Assembly: GCA_002368735.1 (NCBI GenBank)
Contig: DFEQ01000029.1
Span: 1 to 62,411, forward strand
DNA length: 62,411 bases
Direction of reading: 5' to 3'
Source of the DNA: Christensenella sp. UBA3798
GTDB taxonomy: Bacteria > Bacillota > Clostridia > Christensenellales > CAG-1252
Part shown: positions 16,579 through 26,358 of the stretch, one piece after another
Position numbering within the stretch: the stretch's first letter is position 1
Layout: the number at the start of each line of letters is the position of its first letter
Program-made: the position numbers and the translations under genes
Notes under the pieces: model-generated
The model's database searches: none
Told to the model about the DNA's origin: nothing
The model's input: only the letters and a program-made list of their open reading frames with translations

Positions 16579-18747
16579 GTGAAAGATAAAATGTCTGCTA
16601 TAGAGAAGAAAGAACTGGCGCTGATGATCCTTCGTTTGGCGCTTCTCATTGCGGCGATAGCGCTGCTTATCTGGGTCAACGCATACTTCGCTTTCGTTAT
16701 CCTTGCCATCGTTATATGGATAGTTATCGACGTCGTCGTGGGGTTAAAGACCAAGAAGTGTCCCTCTCAACCCCCAAAGGACGCCAAACAGACCCATCCC
16801 AAGTACCATCTCAACGATATCATTTGGCATCTTGAAAATCCCGGACTCACCAATCCCGACATCGACTTTACGTTGGACGACGTGACGGAAGACGACCTTA
16901 TGGAGTCCATCGAGCCGTACTGCTCCTATATCAAGGCGCGTTACGACTGCTTGGATTTCCGCGCGACGGTCTTATATCGCCTCATCGCGAACGGCAACGA
17001 TTTTATCGACAAGGTATCCCCTTCGGGCAAGGCAAGGCAGCTGCTTGACGAAACCTTCCTCGGCATGAAGTTTTGGATGACCGAGAAGGGGGACGACAGC
17101 GTCTGCTACTTCTCCGAAAATCACGAGATAACCTTCTTTGTCCTCGCCTATCTCCTTGGAAAGATGTATTCCGACCGCGTGTTTGAGAGCGACGGCAGGA
17201 AGGGGGCGGATAAAGTGCCCGAAGCGCGCGAGCGCATGATCACTTGGTTCGAGCTTCGCGGCAAGTACGGCTTTTCCGAGTTCTATTCGCATAATTATCT
17301 CCCCATCGATTTTGCATCTATCTCGCTTCTCTTGCTCTATGGCGACAGGACGGATAAGGAGCTTATGGACCGCGCCCGCGGCGTGATGGACATCCTCTGT
17401 TTGGACTACGCCCACTCCTACGCCTTCGGCACCACGATAGGCGCGATGGGTAGGGCGTATGCGCGCAACAATATCAACTGTGCCTTCCATGAGAATACCA
17501 CCGACCTTGTCACCGACGCCATTTGGAATGATTCCAAGAAGTTCGGCGGCATCTATTATCACAAACCCAGTCAGGTGGGCGCCTTCCAACGCCTTATGAA
17601 TGTCAAGGACGAGGAGGGCAAGCACCTTTACGAAGTGCCCGCGGCGATCAAGGCGATCGGCACGGATACTTCCACGCAGGTCATCAAGAGCTCCTTCGGC
17701 TTGGACCTTAAGGATATCGAGAAGGAGGGGCTCCTCGGCATGAGCGACCGCCAAGTCATGTTCCAGTTCGGCATGGTCGCGATGTCCAATCCCGAGATCA
17801 TCAACAATTCCTTTGACTTTGTCAACGAGTATTCCTTGATCTCCAACGAGTTCTTCTCTTCCTTCAAGTATTTCAATATCTCTCTGTTGCGTTTCCTCGG
17901 CGTGTTCCCGCTGATCTCACGCGCTTTGAAGATCTATCCCAACGGCGTGGCTCTCCAGCGCTCCAACGTGTATATCTATCGCACCAAGGACTATAAGCTC
18001 TCCACCCTCGTGGGATATCATCCGGGGAGCGCGGGCGCACAGCAGACCACGATGATGGCGCTCCTTCCGGGCGGCGTGACGGTATTTACCCATCATCCTT
18101 TGAAGGATAAGACCTTCGGGACGGCTCCCGGCTTCTGGGGCGGCTACGGATGCGCTCCCCACGCGGTGCAGGACCATAACGTGTGTATGCTCATCCACCA
18201 CATCCCGAAGAGCATCACCTTCTCTCCCGCTCCCATGCTCCCCTATACGCACACCTATCTTGCGGAGGAGCTTATGGACGAGGTCGTCGTGGAAGGTAGG
18301 TACGCCTTTGCGCGCAAGGGGGGTACCTTCTTGGCTCTGATCGGCGCGTCCGACTTTGAATACCTCGAGCACGACCCCGACAAGGCGGCGGTCATGGAAG
18401 GGCTCTTAAAGGATGCTACCAAGCGCTTCGAGCTCGTACAGCGCGGCAAGACGCAGTTCACCATCTACGAATTGTCCTCCGCGGACAAGGAGAGCTTTGC
18501 CTCCTTTATGGAGCGTATCAAGGCTGCCGAGGTATCCTTTGACGGCGACCATCTGAGCTACCGCTCGGAGAAGTCGTACGAACTTACCTACGAAGGGGAT
18601 TTCAACGTGGACGGCGAAAAGCAGCCCTACGAGTACAAGCGCTACGACAGCTCCTACGTGCAGGCGGATTACCTCTCTGAGGATATCGTTGTGAACGCGG
18701 CGGGGCAGACGCACCACGTCAATATTGCCGCGGGCGTACGTGAATGA
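16579..18747 (+). CDS. hypothetical membrane-anchored protein (722 aa), unknown function
   Basis: GTG start 7 nt after AGGAGGG. Two N-terminal TM helices followed by a large soluble domain. No family recognised with confidence. Confidence 0.55.
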   Translation: MKDKMSAIEKKELALMILRLALLIAAIALLIWVNAYFAFVILAIVIWIVIDVVVGLKTKKCPSQPPKDAKQTHPKYHLNDIIWHLENPGLTNPDIDFTLDDVTEDDLMESIEPYCSYIKARYDCLDFRATVLYRLIANGNDFIDKVSPSGKARQLLDETFLGMKFWMTEKGDDSVCYFSENHEITFFVLAYLLGKMYSDRVFESDGRKGADKVPEARERMITWFELRGKYGFSEFYSHNYLPIDFASISLLLLYGDRTDKELMDRARGVMDILCLDYAHSYAFGTTIGAMGRAYARNNINCAFHENTTDLVTDAIWNDSKKFGGIYYHKPSQVGAFQRLMNVKDEEGKHLYEVPAAIKAIGTDTSTQVIKSSFGLDLKDIEKEGLLGMSDRQVMFQFGMVAMSNPEIINNSFDFVNEYSLISNEFFSSFKYFNISLLRFLGVFPLISRALKIYPNGVALQRSNVYIYRTKDYKLSTLVGYHPGSAGAQQTTMMALLPGGVTVFTHHPLKDKTFGTAPGFWGGYGCAPHAVQDHNVCMLIHHIPKSITFSPAPMLPYTHTYLAEELMDEVVVEGRYAFARKGGTFLALIGASDFEYLEHDPDKAAVMEGLLKDATKRFELVQRGKTQFTIYELSSADKESFASFMERIKAAEVSFDGDHLSYRSEKSYELTYEGDFNVDGEKQPYEYKRYDSSYVQADYLSEDIVVNAAGQTHHVNIAAGVRE

Positions 18748-20144
18748 ATCGAATAGAAGGTTTCTCAATGAACGAACAAGAACAGTTACAAAACAAAGAA
18801 AACGTCTTTATCTCCTTTAAAAAGGTCGTCGTGACCGCGGTCATCGTCCTTGTCCTCTTTGCGCTTGCCATCGTTGCGGTCGTCCTGTTCGCGCCGGACG
18901 CCATGCCCGTGGATTGGAGCAAAGTGCGCAAGATACCCACCAAAGTCACCCTTCTGGCGGCGGAGGACGATAGGAATCCCACCGATACCCACGCCCTCGT
19001 CAAGCTGAACGACGACGGCAAGCCCGACGCCTCCGACTGGAAGGTCTTGCAGTTCACCGATATCCATCTGACGCAGGATCACGAAAGGAACAAAGTCAAC
19101 TTGAACTATCTCATCGACACTCTAAATCGCGAAAAGCCCGATTTCGTCGTCTTGACCGGAGACATCATCACCCGTCCTCGAGGCAGGGCGCGCGCCATCC
19201 AACTGGCGCAGATCTTTGAAAGAATGGGCATTTACTGGAGTTACTGCTTGGGCAATCACGAAGGCGATTCCATGCCTTTTACCCTCTCTCGCGAGGAGAA
19301 TATCCGCATTTGGTCGGAGTACGACCATTGCGTCCTCGATAACGACGTCAAGAGAACTTCGGACGGCACCGCCGTTTGGGGTCTCGGCAATACCGTCGTC
19401 AACCTGCTCGGCGCGGACTATGAGGTCGTGCAATCCATGATCTTTATGGATAGCGGCAACAAGCTTACGGATGAGAGCGTGGCGGAACTCAAGGAGAAAG
19501 GCGTCGAAGATATCAACATGAATAGTTACGACTTTTTGAAGAGCAGTCAGATGGCTTGGTACGAGGAGCAGGTGCGCGCGGTCACGGACGACCTCACGAA
19601 CGGCGTCAAGACCATGCTCTTTATACATATCCCCTTAGTGGAGCAGGGCAACGTGAAACTAATCAAGTATTCCGACGTCTTGGATGAAGGTTGGGGCTAC
19701 GCTTATCCGGAAAAGCCCCTGATGATCGGGGAGGAGACGTATGGCTACACGGTGGTCAAGGACGGTTGGAAACTCGTGAACGGCACCGAGAGCTACGAAA
19801 AGTGCTACTGTTCCGACTACAATAACGGCATGTACGACCTTATGAAGTCGCTTCGCGCCGGCGTGAACGCCTTGTTCTGCGGACACGACCATATCAGCAA
19901 TAGCATTCTCTACGAGGAGGAAATCGCCTCGGACGACCCCGTCTATCTGTGCTACGGCATCTGCAGCGGCTTGCAGAGCTACAATATGTACTCGATGGGT
20001 CTTTCGGACACCAACGACTACTCGCTGCGCGGCTACGCAAAGATCACCGTCCACGCCGACAGCACCTTTGACTATCACCAGATCAGATACGTTGATATCG
20101 AGCATCCCGTCGCGTGCATCGTGAACGGCGTTGCTTGCGACTAA
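18744..20144 (+). CDS. membrane-anchored metallophosphoesterase (paralog A)
   Basis: 466 aa with an N-terminal TM helix. Motifs VLQFTDIHL, TGDII, LGNHEGD, FIHIPL, CGHDH. ATGA overlap with the upstream gene. Confidence 0.7.
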   Translation: MNRIEGFSMNEQEQLQNKENVFISFKKVVVTAVIVLVLFALAIVAVVLFAPDAMPVDWSKVRKIPTKVTLLAAEDDRNPTDTHALVKLNDDGKPDASDWKVLQFTDIHLTQDHERNKVNLNYLIDTLNREKPDFVVLTGDIITRPRGRARAIQLAQIFERMGIYWSYCLGNHEGDSMPFTLSREENIRIWSEYDHCVLDNDVKRTSDGTAVWGLGNTVVNLLGADYEVVQSMIFMDSGNKLTDESVAELKEKGVEDINMNSYDFLKSSQMAWYEEQVRAVTDDLTNGVKTMLFIHIPLVEQGNVKLIKYSDVLDEGWGYAYPEKPLMIGEETYGYTVVKDGWKLVNGTESYEKCYCSDYNNGMYDLMKSLRAGVNALFCGHDHISNSILYEEEIASDDPVYLCYGICSGLQSYNMYSMGLSDTNDYSLRGYAKITVHADSTFDYHQIRYVDIEHPVACIVNGVACD

Positions 20145-20173
20145 TATGAAATCGATTGGAGGCACATACGCTT

Positions 20174-21520
20174 ATGAGTTCAAAAGTAAAGATCATCGTC
20201 GCCTGTTCGATCGCGCTTGCGTTCATCGCTGCCGTCGTTTTGGTGATTTTATTCGCTCCGCTTCCTATGAACGTTGAATGGGACGATATCTATAACGTCG
20301 AGAATAACGTCACGTTGCTCGACGCCAATGCCGAGGGCAATCCGACCGATGCCCCCGCTCTCGTCAAGCTGAATAAGGACGGCAAGCCCGACACCTCGGA
20401 CTGGAAGGTCTTGCAGTTCACCGATATGCACCTTGCGGAGACCAACAAGGGCAACCTCGGCAACGATAGGACCATCAAGATGTTTATCGAGACCATCGAG
20501 ACCGAGCGCCCCGACTTCGTCGCCTTCACGGGTGATATCATCACCAGTTTTCGCGGCAGGGCGCGCGCTATCCAGCTCTGCGAGATGATGGAGAAACTGG
20601 GCGTCTACTGGGCGTACTGCTTGGGCAATCACGAAGGAGACGCCTTCTATAAGATGCCGCGCAAAGAGCTGATGGAACTCGTGGAGAAGTATCCCCATTG
20701 CCTGACCGACGCTTCTGTCAAGAAGACAGCCGCAGGTGAGGAGGTGTGGGGCTACGGCAACTTTGTCGTAAACCTGCTCGGCGCGAATAACAAGGTCGTG
20801 CAATCTATGATATTTATGGACAGCGGCGACGCCATCTCTAAGGAGGACGCCGAGAAGTTCGACGTCAAGAAGGGCAGTTACGACTATCTGAAGGATAGCC
20901 AAAAGGTTTGGTATGAGGAAGAGGTCAGGAAGGTCACGAACGACCTCACGAACGGCGTTAAGACTATGCTCTTTATCCATATCCCCTTGGTCGAACAGCG
21001 CAATATGAAGTACGTTTCGCTCTCCAACCTTGAGGAAGGGTGGACTGCGGATGCGGCGGGCGATGGCTACACCTATCTCGACGGGGTCTATACCAAAGAT
21101 CACGACGGCAACGTCGTCGGCCTGGTGGCGATCGCGGACGGCTGGTACGCCGCCAAAGGCACGGCGAACTACGAAGGCGTGTGCTCTTCCGAGCACAATA
21201 ACGGAATGTACGATTTGATGAAGTCGCTCCGCGCAGGGGTAAACGGCTTGTTCTGCGGGCACGACCACGTCAATAATTCCGTCCTATACGAGGCTGCGGG
21301 CGAAGGGGAGACTCCCGTCTACCTCTGTTACGGGGTTTGCGGCGGCTATGCTACCTACAACCTCTACAAAGCCAATAAGACCGACGACCCGGACAATCTG
21401 ATGAAGGGCTACTCGATAATCACCATCCACGCCGACCGCACCTTCGATTATACGGGGGTCAGCTGGGACTACGACTACGAGCGCTCCGTCTACGTTGAAA
21501 ATAGCCTTCCCAAGGCGTAA
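20174..21520 (+). CDS. membrane-anchored metallophosphoesterase (paralog B)
   Basis: The track ORF begins at a TTG at 20156. I prefer the ATG at 20174 (MSSKVKI), which follows a GGAGG. Long stretches are near-identical to paralog A (GRARAIQL, TNDLTNGVKTMLFIHIPLVEQ, NNGMYDLMKSLRAGVN..FCGHDH). Confidence 0.7.
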   Translation: MSSKVKIIVACSIALAFIAAVVLVILFAPLPMNVEWDDIYNVENNVTLLDANAEGNPTDAPALVKLNKDGKPDTSDWKVLQFTDMHLAETNKGNLGNDRTIKMFIETIETERPDFVAFTGDIITSFRGRARAIQLCEMMEKLGVYWAYCLGNHEGDAFYKMPRKELMELVEKYPHCLTDASVKKTAAGEEVWGYGNFVVNLLGANNKVVQSMIFMDSGDAISKEDAEKFDVKKGSYDYLKDSQKVWYEEEVRKVTNDLTNGVKTMLFIHIPLVEQRNMKYVSLSNLEEGWTADAAGDGYTYLDGVYTKDHDGNVVGLVAIADGWYAAKGTANYEGVCSSEHNNGMYDLMKSLRAGVNGLFCGHDHVNNSVLYEAAGEGETPVYLCYGVCGGYATYNLYKANKTDDPDNLMKGYSIITIHADRTFDYTGVSWDYDYERSVYVENSLPKA

Positions 21521-21537
21521 AAGTCTATAAAAAAAGG

Positions 21538-21570
21538 ATGCGCTTCCTTCTCGGGAAGCGCATTTTTTTG
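21538..21570. terminator. bidirectional intrinsic terminator between convergent genes
   Basis: ATGCGCTTCC-ttctcg-GGAAGCGCAT (10 bp), flanked by an A-run upstream and T7 downstream. Confidence 0.75.
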
Positions 21571-21599
21571 TGCTTATAGCAGATATTTCGACGTGGGCG

Positions 21600-22862
21600 T
21601 CAGATGCCGATCTTCCCCTTGACTCTCCCTAGGACGTAGTTGTCCTCGTCCCTCTTTCGGAGGGCTACGACGGGGTGCTCCTTGACCTGATAGCGATAGT
21701 CCTCGCCCAGCTCCTTGATGTGCTTTTCGATGACCTCGTGGCTCGCCACACCCGTCGCGCTGCCGTTGACCCTCTTTTGGTAGTCGAAGAAGTCAAAGTT
21801 ATCGCCGAGGGCGTCCACTTTTGCAAAGTCCTCGCGCATTCCCGTTTCAAGCACGCTGTCCTTCAAGACGCCGCGGACGTACTCCTTTTGCTCGGTGATG
21901 AATAATAGCTCGGGGAAGGTCGCCTTGGGGATGACCTCTTGATACTCCTTTCCGTCGTACTTTCGGAGGAGTTCCGCCGCATAGTGCAGGTGCGCCACTT
22001 CCTGCTCGAAGAATTCTTCCCATACCTTCTTCACCTTGGGGTCGGTCTCGCTCTCGTAACAGCTGTAATAGAGATAGGCTTCGGTGTATTCGTGCATCAA
22101 GAGCTTTTCCAGCGGGGAGCACGCGGGATCTATCAGGCTGCCGTACTGGCTGACGTGCTGTTCCTCTATCATCCCTATCTCCTGATACAGCCTTCTGCCG
22201 AGGTCGGACTTATAGAACCCGCATTGGTTCATATAGTAGTTCATGGTCTGCTGTTCCGCAGCGGTGATGATGTTGACCTGCAGTTTGGTGAGCAACGAGT
22301 CCTTCTTTGCGTCGATGGGGCGCTTGACGTCGTCGTAGGGATGGCGATGCTCGCTGATGGTCGGACGCCCCGGCATTATCTCGGTGTATCCGCCGACGAG
22401 TTCCTCCGCCTTTTCGCCCGTTTCCATATTCATGAGGTCGGCATAGCGGTACAGATGGTCAAAGTCCTCGAGGAGGGCAAAGTCCATACAATGCTTGACG
22501 TAAGGATTGCTTTCGCGCGCAGCCATCGTGGCGGTCAGATCCACCGCGAGTTGCTCGTAGGCGATGGTGTTTTCGAGCACGCTCTCCGAGATGGGTTTCA
22601 AGCAGGCGATGCGCTTTTGCTGCATCTGCTCGCTGCGCCGAAGCATGGCTAGGTCTCGCCTAAGGTCGGCGCGCTTCTCGTTACGCATCGTGTTGTGCCC
22701 GAATCCGACCTCCTCGAATTCCGTGCCGTTCATCAAGATGATGCGGAGCTTGGTATAGGGGTTTGCGCTGTGCTTGTCATAGCTGTATCCGTATAGCTCT
22801 TTTCGTTCGATGAAACAGCTGTCCATTTCCATTGGTTTGAGTTCAAAAGGGTTAATGCTCAT
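21600..22862 (-). CDS. hypothetical protein, possibly ferritin-like / di-iron four-helix-bundle family
   Basis: 420 aa. Repeated E..H-type motifs (LEDFDHLY, IEEQHVSQY, EQEVAHLHY). Assignment is tentative. Confidence 0.4.
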   Translation of the reverse strand: MSINPFELKPMEMDSCFIERKELYGYSYDKHSANPYTKLRIILMNGTEFEEVGFGHNTMRNEKRADLRRDLAMLRRSEQMQQKRIACLKPISESVLENTIAYEQLAVDLTATMAARESNPYVKHCMDFALLEDFDHLYRYADLMNMETGEKAEELVGGYTEIMPGRPTISEHRHPYDDVKRPIDAKKDSLLTKLQVNIITAAEQQTMNYYMNQCGFYKSDLGRRLYQEIGMIEEQHVSQYGSLIDPACSPLEKLLMHEYTEAYLYYSCYESETDPKVKKVWEEFFEQEVAHLHYAAELLRKYDGKEYQEVIPKATFPELLFITEQKEYVRGVLKDSVLETGMREDFAKVDALGDNFDFFDYQKRVNGSATGVASHEVIEKHIKELGEDYRYQVKEHPVVALRKRDEDNYVLGRVKGKIGI

Positions 22863-23022
22863 GGGTTACCTCCGAGCGAGAGTATGGACGATCAACGGCT
22901 TTTTTAAACAGGCAAAACGCAAATGCGCAAAAACTTTTGACTTTTCCCTGCGACTATACTATTATTAACTATTATAATATTATTTCGCTCGCGAAAAGTC
23001 GGAGCGAAGAAAAGGACCGATT

Positions 23023-25431
23023 ATGAAGGATTATTCACCAAGAGAGATTGAAGCAAAGTGGCAGCGCATTTGGGAGGAGAAAGAGCTCTTCAAGGCGAAG
23101 GATTTCAGCGATAAACCCAAGTTTTACGGCTTGATAGAGTTTCCCTATCCGTCGGGTGCGGGGCTGCACGTGGGGCATATCCGCGCCTTCACCTCGATGG
23201 AGGTGGTCTCCCGCATGAGGAGATTGCAGGGCTATAACGTCTTGTTCCCCATCGGATGGGACGCTTTCGGACTGCCCACCGAGAACTACGCGATGAAGAC
23301 CAATCAGCACCCCCGCAAGGTCACGGACGACAATATCAAGACCTTCGTCTCTCAGCTGAAGCGCGTCGGCTATTCCTTTGACTGGGATAGGACGGTGGAT
23401 ACCACCGATCCCTCATACTACAAGTGGACGCAATGGATCTTCTTGCAGCTCTTCAAGCGTGGGCTCGCCTATCGCAGCAATACCTACGTCAATTTCTGCG
23501 AAAACTGCAAGGTCGTTCTGTCCAACGAGGAATCGCAGGGGGGCGTATGCGACCGTTGCGGCTCTCCCGTCATCCAGAAGCAGAAGGACGTTTGGTTCTT
23601 GAAGATACGCGACTACGCCGATAAGCTCCTGGACGGCTTGGAGGGCTTGGACTTCCTCCCCCGCGTCAAGACCGAGCAGGAGAATTGGATCGGGCGTAGC
23701 TACGGCGCCGAGCTCGACTTCCCCGTCACGACGGGCGGCAACCTGCGCGTGTTCACCACCCGTGCGGATACCGTTTTCGGCGTGACCTTTATGTGTATCG
23801 CGCCCGAGCACCCGTTGATAGAGGAGAACGCCGCGCATATCAAGAATATGGAGGAGATAGAAGCCTATCGCGAGGCGGCTCGCCGCAAGAACGAGTTTGA
23901 GCGCGTACAGCTCCAAAAGGATAAGACGGGCGTCAGGATAGACGGCGTCGCCGCCATCAACCCCTTGACGGGCAAGGAAGTGCCCATCTTCGTAGCCGAC
24001 TACGTAATGATGGGGTACGGTACGGGCGCCATCATGGCGGTTCCCGCGCACGATACCCGCGACTATGACTTTGCAAAGAAATACTCTCTTCCCATCATTC
24101 AGGTCATCGACGGCGAGGTGGACCTTGAAAAGACTGCCTATACCGATATCTACAACGGCACGATGATCAATAGCGATTTCCTGAACGGGCTACCCGTCAA
24201 AGAGGCTATCGCCAAGATGATAGACTACGTAGAAGAGAAGAAGATCGGCACCCGCAAGGTCAATTACAATATGAAGGACTGGGCGTTCAACCGTCAGAGA
24301 TATTGGGGCGAACCCATCCCCATCGTGTACTGCGACAAGTGCGGCATGGTGCCCGTCCCCGAAGAGGAGCTCCCCTTGAAGCTCCCCGACCTCGAGGAGT
24401 ACAAGCCCACCGATACGGGCGAGTCCCCCCTCTCCAAGGTCACCGATTGGGTGAATTGCAAGTGCCCCAAGTGCGGCGGCGCCGCGCGGCGTGAGACCGA
24501 TACGATGCCGCAGTGGGCGGGTTCGTCGTGGTACTTCCTGCGTTATATCGACCCGAGGAATAATAACGCCCTCGCCGACCCCGAGAAGCTCCGTTATTGG
24601 GGCCCCGTGGATTGGTACAACGGCGGTATGGAGCACGTTACCCGCCACCTCATCTATTCGCGTTTCTGGAATCGCTTCCTGTACGACATTGGCGCCGTTC
24701 CTTTCCCCGAGCCTTATAAGAGGCGCACCGCGCAGGGGCTCCTCCTCGGCAGCGACGGCAACAAGATGAGCAAGAGCCTCGGCAACGTGGTCAACCCCAA
24801 CGAGTGCATCGACAAGTACGGCAGCGACGTCCTGCGTACCTACGTAATGTTTATCGGCGACTACGAGCGCCCCGCGCCTTGGTCGGATAACAGCATCGTG
24901 GGTTGCAAGCGCTTTATCGAAAGGGTGTGGCGCCTCCCCGAGATCATGAACGATGAGCAAGGCTACAGCCGCAAGCACAACGCAAGCGTGCATCGCATGA
25001 TCAAGAAGGTCACCGCCGACTACGAGTCCACCGGCTTTAATACCGCCATCGCTGCCATGATGACCTTCGTCAACGAGGTCTATGCCGACGGCTATATCAC
25101 GAGGTGCGAGTTGGAGACCCTCTTGAAGCTCCTCTATCCCGTGGCGCCTCACGTCACCGAGGAGATAAACGAGGCGATCGGCAACAAGAGATTGATCGCC
25201 GAGAGCACTTGGCCCGAGTATGACGAAAACCACCTCGTGGAGGACGAAGTATCCATCCCGGTGCAGATCCTCGGCAAGCTGAAGGGCGTCATAAAGGTGG
25301 CGCGTACCGCCTCGCAGGAGGAGGTCGTGGACGCCATCTTGAATGGAGAACTCAAGGGCTACTTCGAGGGCAAACAGATCGTCAAGGTCATCTACGTTCC
25401 CGCAAAGATAGTCAACTTTATCGTCAAGTAA
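23023..25431 (+). CDS. leuS: leucine--tRNA ligase
   Basis: 802 aa. Class I motifs (HVGH, KMSKS) and typical LeuS N-terminus (YSPREIEAKWQRIWEE). Confidence 0.95.
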   Translation: MKDYSPREIEAKWQRIWEEKELFKAKDFSDKPKFYGLIEFPYPSGAGLHVGHIRAFTSMEVVSRMRRLQGYNVLFPIGWDAFGLPTENYAMKTNQHPRKVTDDNIKTFVSQLKRVGYSFDWDRTVDTTDPSYYKWTQWIFLQLFKRGLAYRSNTYVNFCENCKVVLSNEESQGGVCDRCGSPVIQKQKDVWFLKIRDYADKLLDGLEGLDFLPRVKTEQENWIGRSYGAELDFPVTTGGNLRVFTTRADTVFGVTFMCIAPEHPLIEENAAHIKNMEEIEAYREAARRKNEFERVQLQKDKTGVRIDGVAAINPLTGKEVPIFVADYVMMGYGTGAIMAVPAHDTRDYDFAKKYSLPIIQVIDGEVDLEKTAYTDIYNGTMINSDFLNGLPVKEAIAKMIDYVEEKKIGTRKVNYNMKDWAFNRQRYWGEPIPIVYCDKCGMVPVPEEELPLKLPDLEEYKPTDTGESPLSKVTDWVNCKCPKCGGAARRETDTMPQWAGSSWYFLRYIDPRNNNALADPEKLRYWGPVDWYNGGMEHVTRHLIYSRFWNRFLYDIGAVPFPEPYKRRTAQGLLLGSDGNKMSKSLGNVVNPNECIDKYGSDVLRTYVMFIGDYERPAPWSDNSIVGCKRFIERVWRLPEIMNDEQGYSRKHNASVHRMIKKVTADYESTGFNTAIAAMMTFVNEVYADGYITRCELETLLKLLYPVAPHVTEEINEAIGNKRLIAESTWPEYDENHLVEDEVSIPVQILGKLKGVIKVARTASQEEVVDAILNGELKGYFEGKQIVKVIYVPAKIVNFIVK

Positions 25432-25432
25432 T

Positions 25433-26290
25433 ATGTCCGAGATCAGCGAGAGACTGGATAGGGTGCTTTCCCCCGCGCGCCTTCTCAACGTAGGAGAGGG
25501 GCATCCCGCCGTAAAGACGGTCAAGAATATCCAAACCAACAGCAAGCCGAACCCGCGTAGGCTCTTCGTCGCCGAGGGCTTTTGGCTCGCTTCTCTCGCC
25601 CTCAAGGACGGTATCGAGGTGGAGACGCTCCTCGTCGCGCCCGAATGCGTCTATACGCAGGAGTGCGTCACCCTCGTGGAGAAAATGCTCCCGGTGGCGG
25701 AAAATGCCTATACCGTCAGCGCCAAGGTCTTTCAAAAGATAGCGGAGAAGGATAAGCCCGACGGCGTCATCGCCATCTGCCGTATGAAGCAGTGGGCTTT
25801 GTCCGACCTCGTCTTTGACGACAAGGCGGTCGTCCTCATCCTCGACGGGGTGGAGATCCCCGGCAATATGGGCACCCTTGTCCGCGTTGCGGACGGCGCG
25901 GGGGCGGACGCCGTATTTATCTGCAATCGCAAGGCGCGTTTGACCCATCCCAAATTCATACACAGCACGATGGGGGCGGCGTTTCACGTGCCTATCGTGG
26001 AGTTTGAGAGCGTGGACGAGTGCTTTGACTATCTCGAGTCGAAGAACTTCACCGTCTACCTCGCCGACAGCCGCGCCGAGAAGATGTATTATCAACTTCC
26101 TTTCGGCAAGCGCGTGGCCTTCGTTATGGGGAGCGAACGTTACGGCATCAGCCGCGTTTGGTACGATAAAGAGGTCGACCTCGTCGCCATCCCGATGCTT
26201 GGCGAGTGCGACTCTCTGAACGTCGGCGTGGCGGGCACCGTACTCTTATACGAGGCTTGTGTCAAAAATAAGCTCGGCGGCAGACAGTAA
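25433..26290 (+). CDS. TrmH/SpoU-family RNA 2'-O-methyltransferase
   Basis: 285 aa. SpoU motifs (PGNMGTLVRVADGAGAD, SLNVGVAGTVLLYE). Starts 1 nt after the leuS stop. Confidence 0.75.
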   Translation: MSEISERLDRVLSPARLLNVGEGHPAVKTVKNIQTNSKPNPRRLFVAEGFWLASLALKDGIEVETLLVAPECVYTQECVTLVEKMLPVAENAYTVSAKVFQKIAEKDKPDGVIAICRMKQWALSDLVFDDKAVVLILDGVEIPGNMGTLVRVADGAGADAVFICNRKARLTHPKFIHSTMGAAFHVPIVEFESVDECFDYLESKNFTVYLADSRAEKMYYQLPFGKRVAFVMGSERYGISRVWYDKEVDLVAIPMLGECDSLNVGVAGTVLLYEACVKNKLGGRQ

Positions 26291-26358
26291 TTATTGCGGC
26301 GCACTCGTTACGGGCGCGCCTCAATGGGCAGGAGTGCCCAAAGTGAAAAGGAGATAAT

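Noticed and set aside
10040-21268. Minus-strand ORFs 10040-11068, 12229-13263, 13318-14166, 16972-17754, 19122-19628, 19659-20165 and 20249-21268.
   Set aside because: They are shadows of the plus-strand phosphoesterase, hypothetical and uxaC genes. The sense strand carries the RBSs, the overlapping start/stop coupling and the family motifs.
21939-22652. A 237-aa plus-strand ORF opposite the 21600-22862 gene.
   Set aside because: The minus-strand ORF is longer and is flanked by a terminator. Its protein has normal composition, whereas the plus-strand ORF is a V/L/G/H-rich shadow.
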